From Candidatus Falkowbacteria bacterium (GTDB taxonomy: Bacteria > Patescibacteriota > Patescibacteriia > Patescibacteriales > WJLG01), in the NCBI GenBank assembly GCA_963747695.1, contig CAVVFV010000008.1, positions 75,592 to 139,591 on the forward strand: a stretch of 64,000 nucleotides of DNA, given 5' to 3'. Made by a program: the position numbers and the translations under genes. Below are positions 62,953 to 64,000 of this stretch, one piece after another. The notes under the pieces are model-generated. The model did not search any database, was not told the DNA's origin, and was given only the letters and a program-made list of their open reading frames with translations. The first letter of the stretch is position 1, and each line of letters begins with the position of its first letter.

Positions 62953-64000
62953 ATGGAACCAGTAATACAAACCAGGCACATGGACGTGGTCTATAACCTG
63001 GGCAAGAAGAATGAGTTTAAAGCGATCAACGATCTTAATCTGGATATCTATCCGGGCGAGTTCATCGCGCTCTTCGGCCCGTCCGGCTGCGGCAAATCCA
63101 CGGTCTTTTACAGCATCTTGGGAATCCTTCAGCCCTCCTCGGGAGAAATTCTCGTCAAAGGCGAAAATCCTTACGCTTTCTCGCCGGCGGAAATGGTCAA
63201 TTATCAGTCGCGATCCATCGGCATCATCTATCAGGCTTTTTTCCTGATCAACTCCATTTCAGTGATGGATAACACTGTTTTGCCGCAGACTTTTTTGGGC
63301 ATTCCCTGGGCGAAGAGGAAAATCCGCGGCCAGGCTCTCCTGGATCGTTTCGGGATCGGCAATAAGGCGGAAAATTATCCCAACCTGATGTCCGGCGGAC
63401 AGCTGCAAAGAGCTTCGGTGGCCCGATCGATGGTAAATAATCCGGATATTTTATTGGCTGACGAACCGACCGGAAATTTGGATTCGAAATCCTCCGATCA
63501 GGTTATGCAGGTGCTTGACGATATCAACCAGAAAGACAAGAAGACCGTGGTCATGATCACTCATAACGCTTCGCAGCTGGTTTGGTGCCACCGGGTTTTC
63601 TATATGAAGGACGGAGCGCTTCTGCGGACCGTTCCCAATCCGGATAAAAAGCAGATCGTCAAATTCGATCGGCAGAAAGTTCTGGTCACCGAGATTGAAC
63701 TCTTGTCCAAGATGTTCCCTTATTTCGAACCGGAAGATTTGAAAGTAAAAAGCCTGGTCAATTATTTGACGCAGGATCTGGATTTTTTGCAGATCGACCG
63801 CCTGGAAAAAGCGGTGAAGCTGATGATTATGCGTACGATGGGGGAGGATAATTTTTCCGAAATTTTGAGCGCGCCGCTTTCACGCGGCGGCGTGGGATTG
63901 CCCAAAAGCCGGGCTAAATTTTTGGCGGACAAGGTAATGCAGATCTTAAAGCATTCCGAAGATGTCCGGCGCTATCGGCGGCGGATGAATGAAGGAACTT
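62953..64000 (+). CDS. ABC transporter ATP-binding protein (MacB/LolD-like ATPase with a C-terminal extension); 3' end beyond the window
   Basis: Not in the ORF track because it has no stop inside the window. My translation from ATG 62953: MEPVIQTRHMDVVYNLGKKNEFKAINDLNLDIYPGEFIALFGPSGCGKST (Walker A) ... NLMSGGQLQRASVAR (ABC signature) ... ILLADEPTGNLD (Walker B) ... VMITHN (H-loop). The frame stays open to base 64000. Confidence 0.85.
   Translation, partial: MEPVIQTRHMDVVYNLGKKNEFKAINDLNLDIYPGEFIALFGPSGCGKSTVFYSILGILQPSSGEILVKGENPYAFSPAEMVNYQSRSIGIIYQAFFLINSISVMDNTVLPQTFLGIPWAKRKIRGQALLDRFGIGNKAENYPNLMSGGQLQRASVARSMVNNPDILLADEPTGNLDSKSSDQVMQVLDDINQKDKKTVVMITHNASQLVWCHRVFYMKDGALLRTVPNPDKKQIVKFDRQKVLVTEIELLSKMFPYFEPEDLKVKSLVNYLTQDLDFLQIDRLEKAVKLMIMRTMGEDNFSEILSAPLSRGGVGLPKSRAKFLADKVMQILKHSEDVRRYRRRMNEGT

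Noticed and set aside
1-64000. Alternative genetic code (TGA recoded, as in some candidate phyla)
   Set aside because: Long ORFs close on TGA (e.g. 35386..35388, 37327..37329) as well as TAA/TAG. The giant ORFs contain no in-frame TGA, so the standard code fits.

Overview
This 64-kb window is almost entirely coding on the + strand, with one - strand gene at 41732..42313. It reads with the standard code: TAA, TAG and TGA all end ORFs. I recognised no rRNA, tRNA, CRISPR array, transposase, integrase or phage gene.

About two thirds of the window is two paralogous giant modular surface-protein genes. The first is an uninterrupted 30.7-kb ORF (284..31000, 10,238 aa). The second is a ~12.5-kb gene (48637..61120, ~4,160 aa if repaired) broken by one extra A in an A7 run (53624..53630). 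Both use the same modules:
- FN3-like modules
- a Cys-containing ~130-aa 'A' module
- a ~135-aa 'C' module
- DUF2341-like + LamG-like cassettes nested inside A modules
- 'RWRNDD' modules

The rest of the window, in order, contains:
- a small secreted protein sharing its C-terminal ~180-aa domain with the giant protein
- three tandem paralogues (signal peptide, two beta-rich halves, C-terminal TM anchor) resembling the DUF916+DUF3324 (CscA-type) proteins of Firmicute WxL/csc surface clusters
- a beta-helix protein and an LCAT-like lipase (PYDWR, SHSMGG) separated only by a T5 frameshift/overlap
- an AT-rich block of small membrane proteins
- an FGE/SUMF1-like protein
- a dockerin-bearing secreted protein and a cohesin-bearing membrane-anchored protein flanking an Hsp20 gene
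- after the second giant gene, an FN3 membrane protein and the start of an ABC ATPase

Main hypothesis (inference): this is a cell-surface/attachment island of an uncultivated bacterium. The content is reminiscent of CPR/Patescibacteria, but that cannot be proven from here. In it, giant adhesins would be tethered by a divergent WxL-like/DUF916-like system and a minimal cohesin-dockerin pair.

All domain names come from motif recognition by eye, not profile searches. Domain boundaries are approximate (about +/-30 nt).
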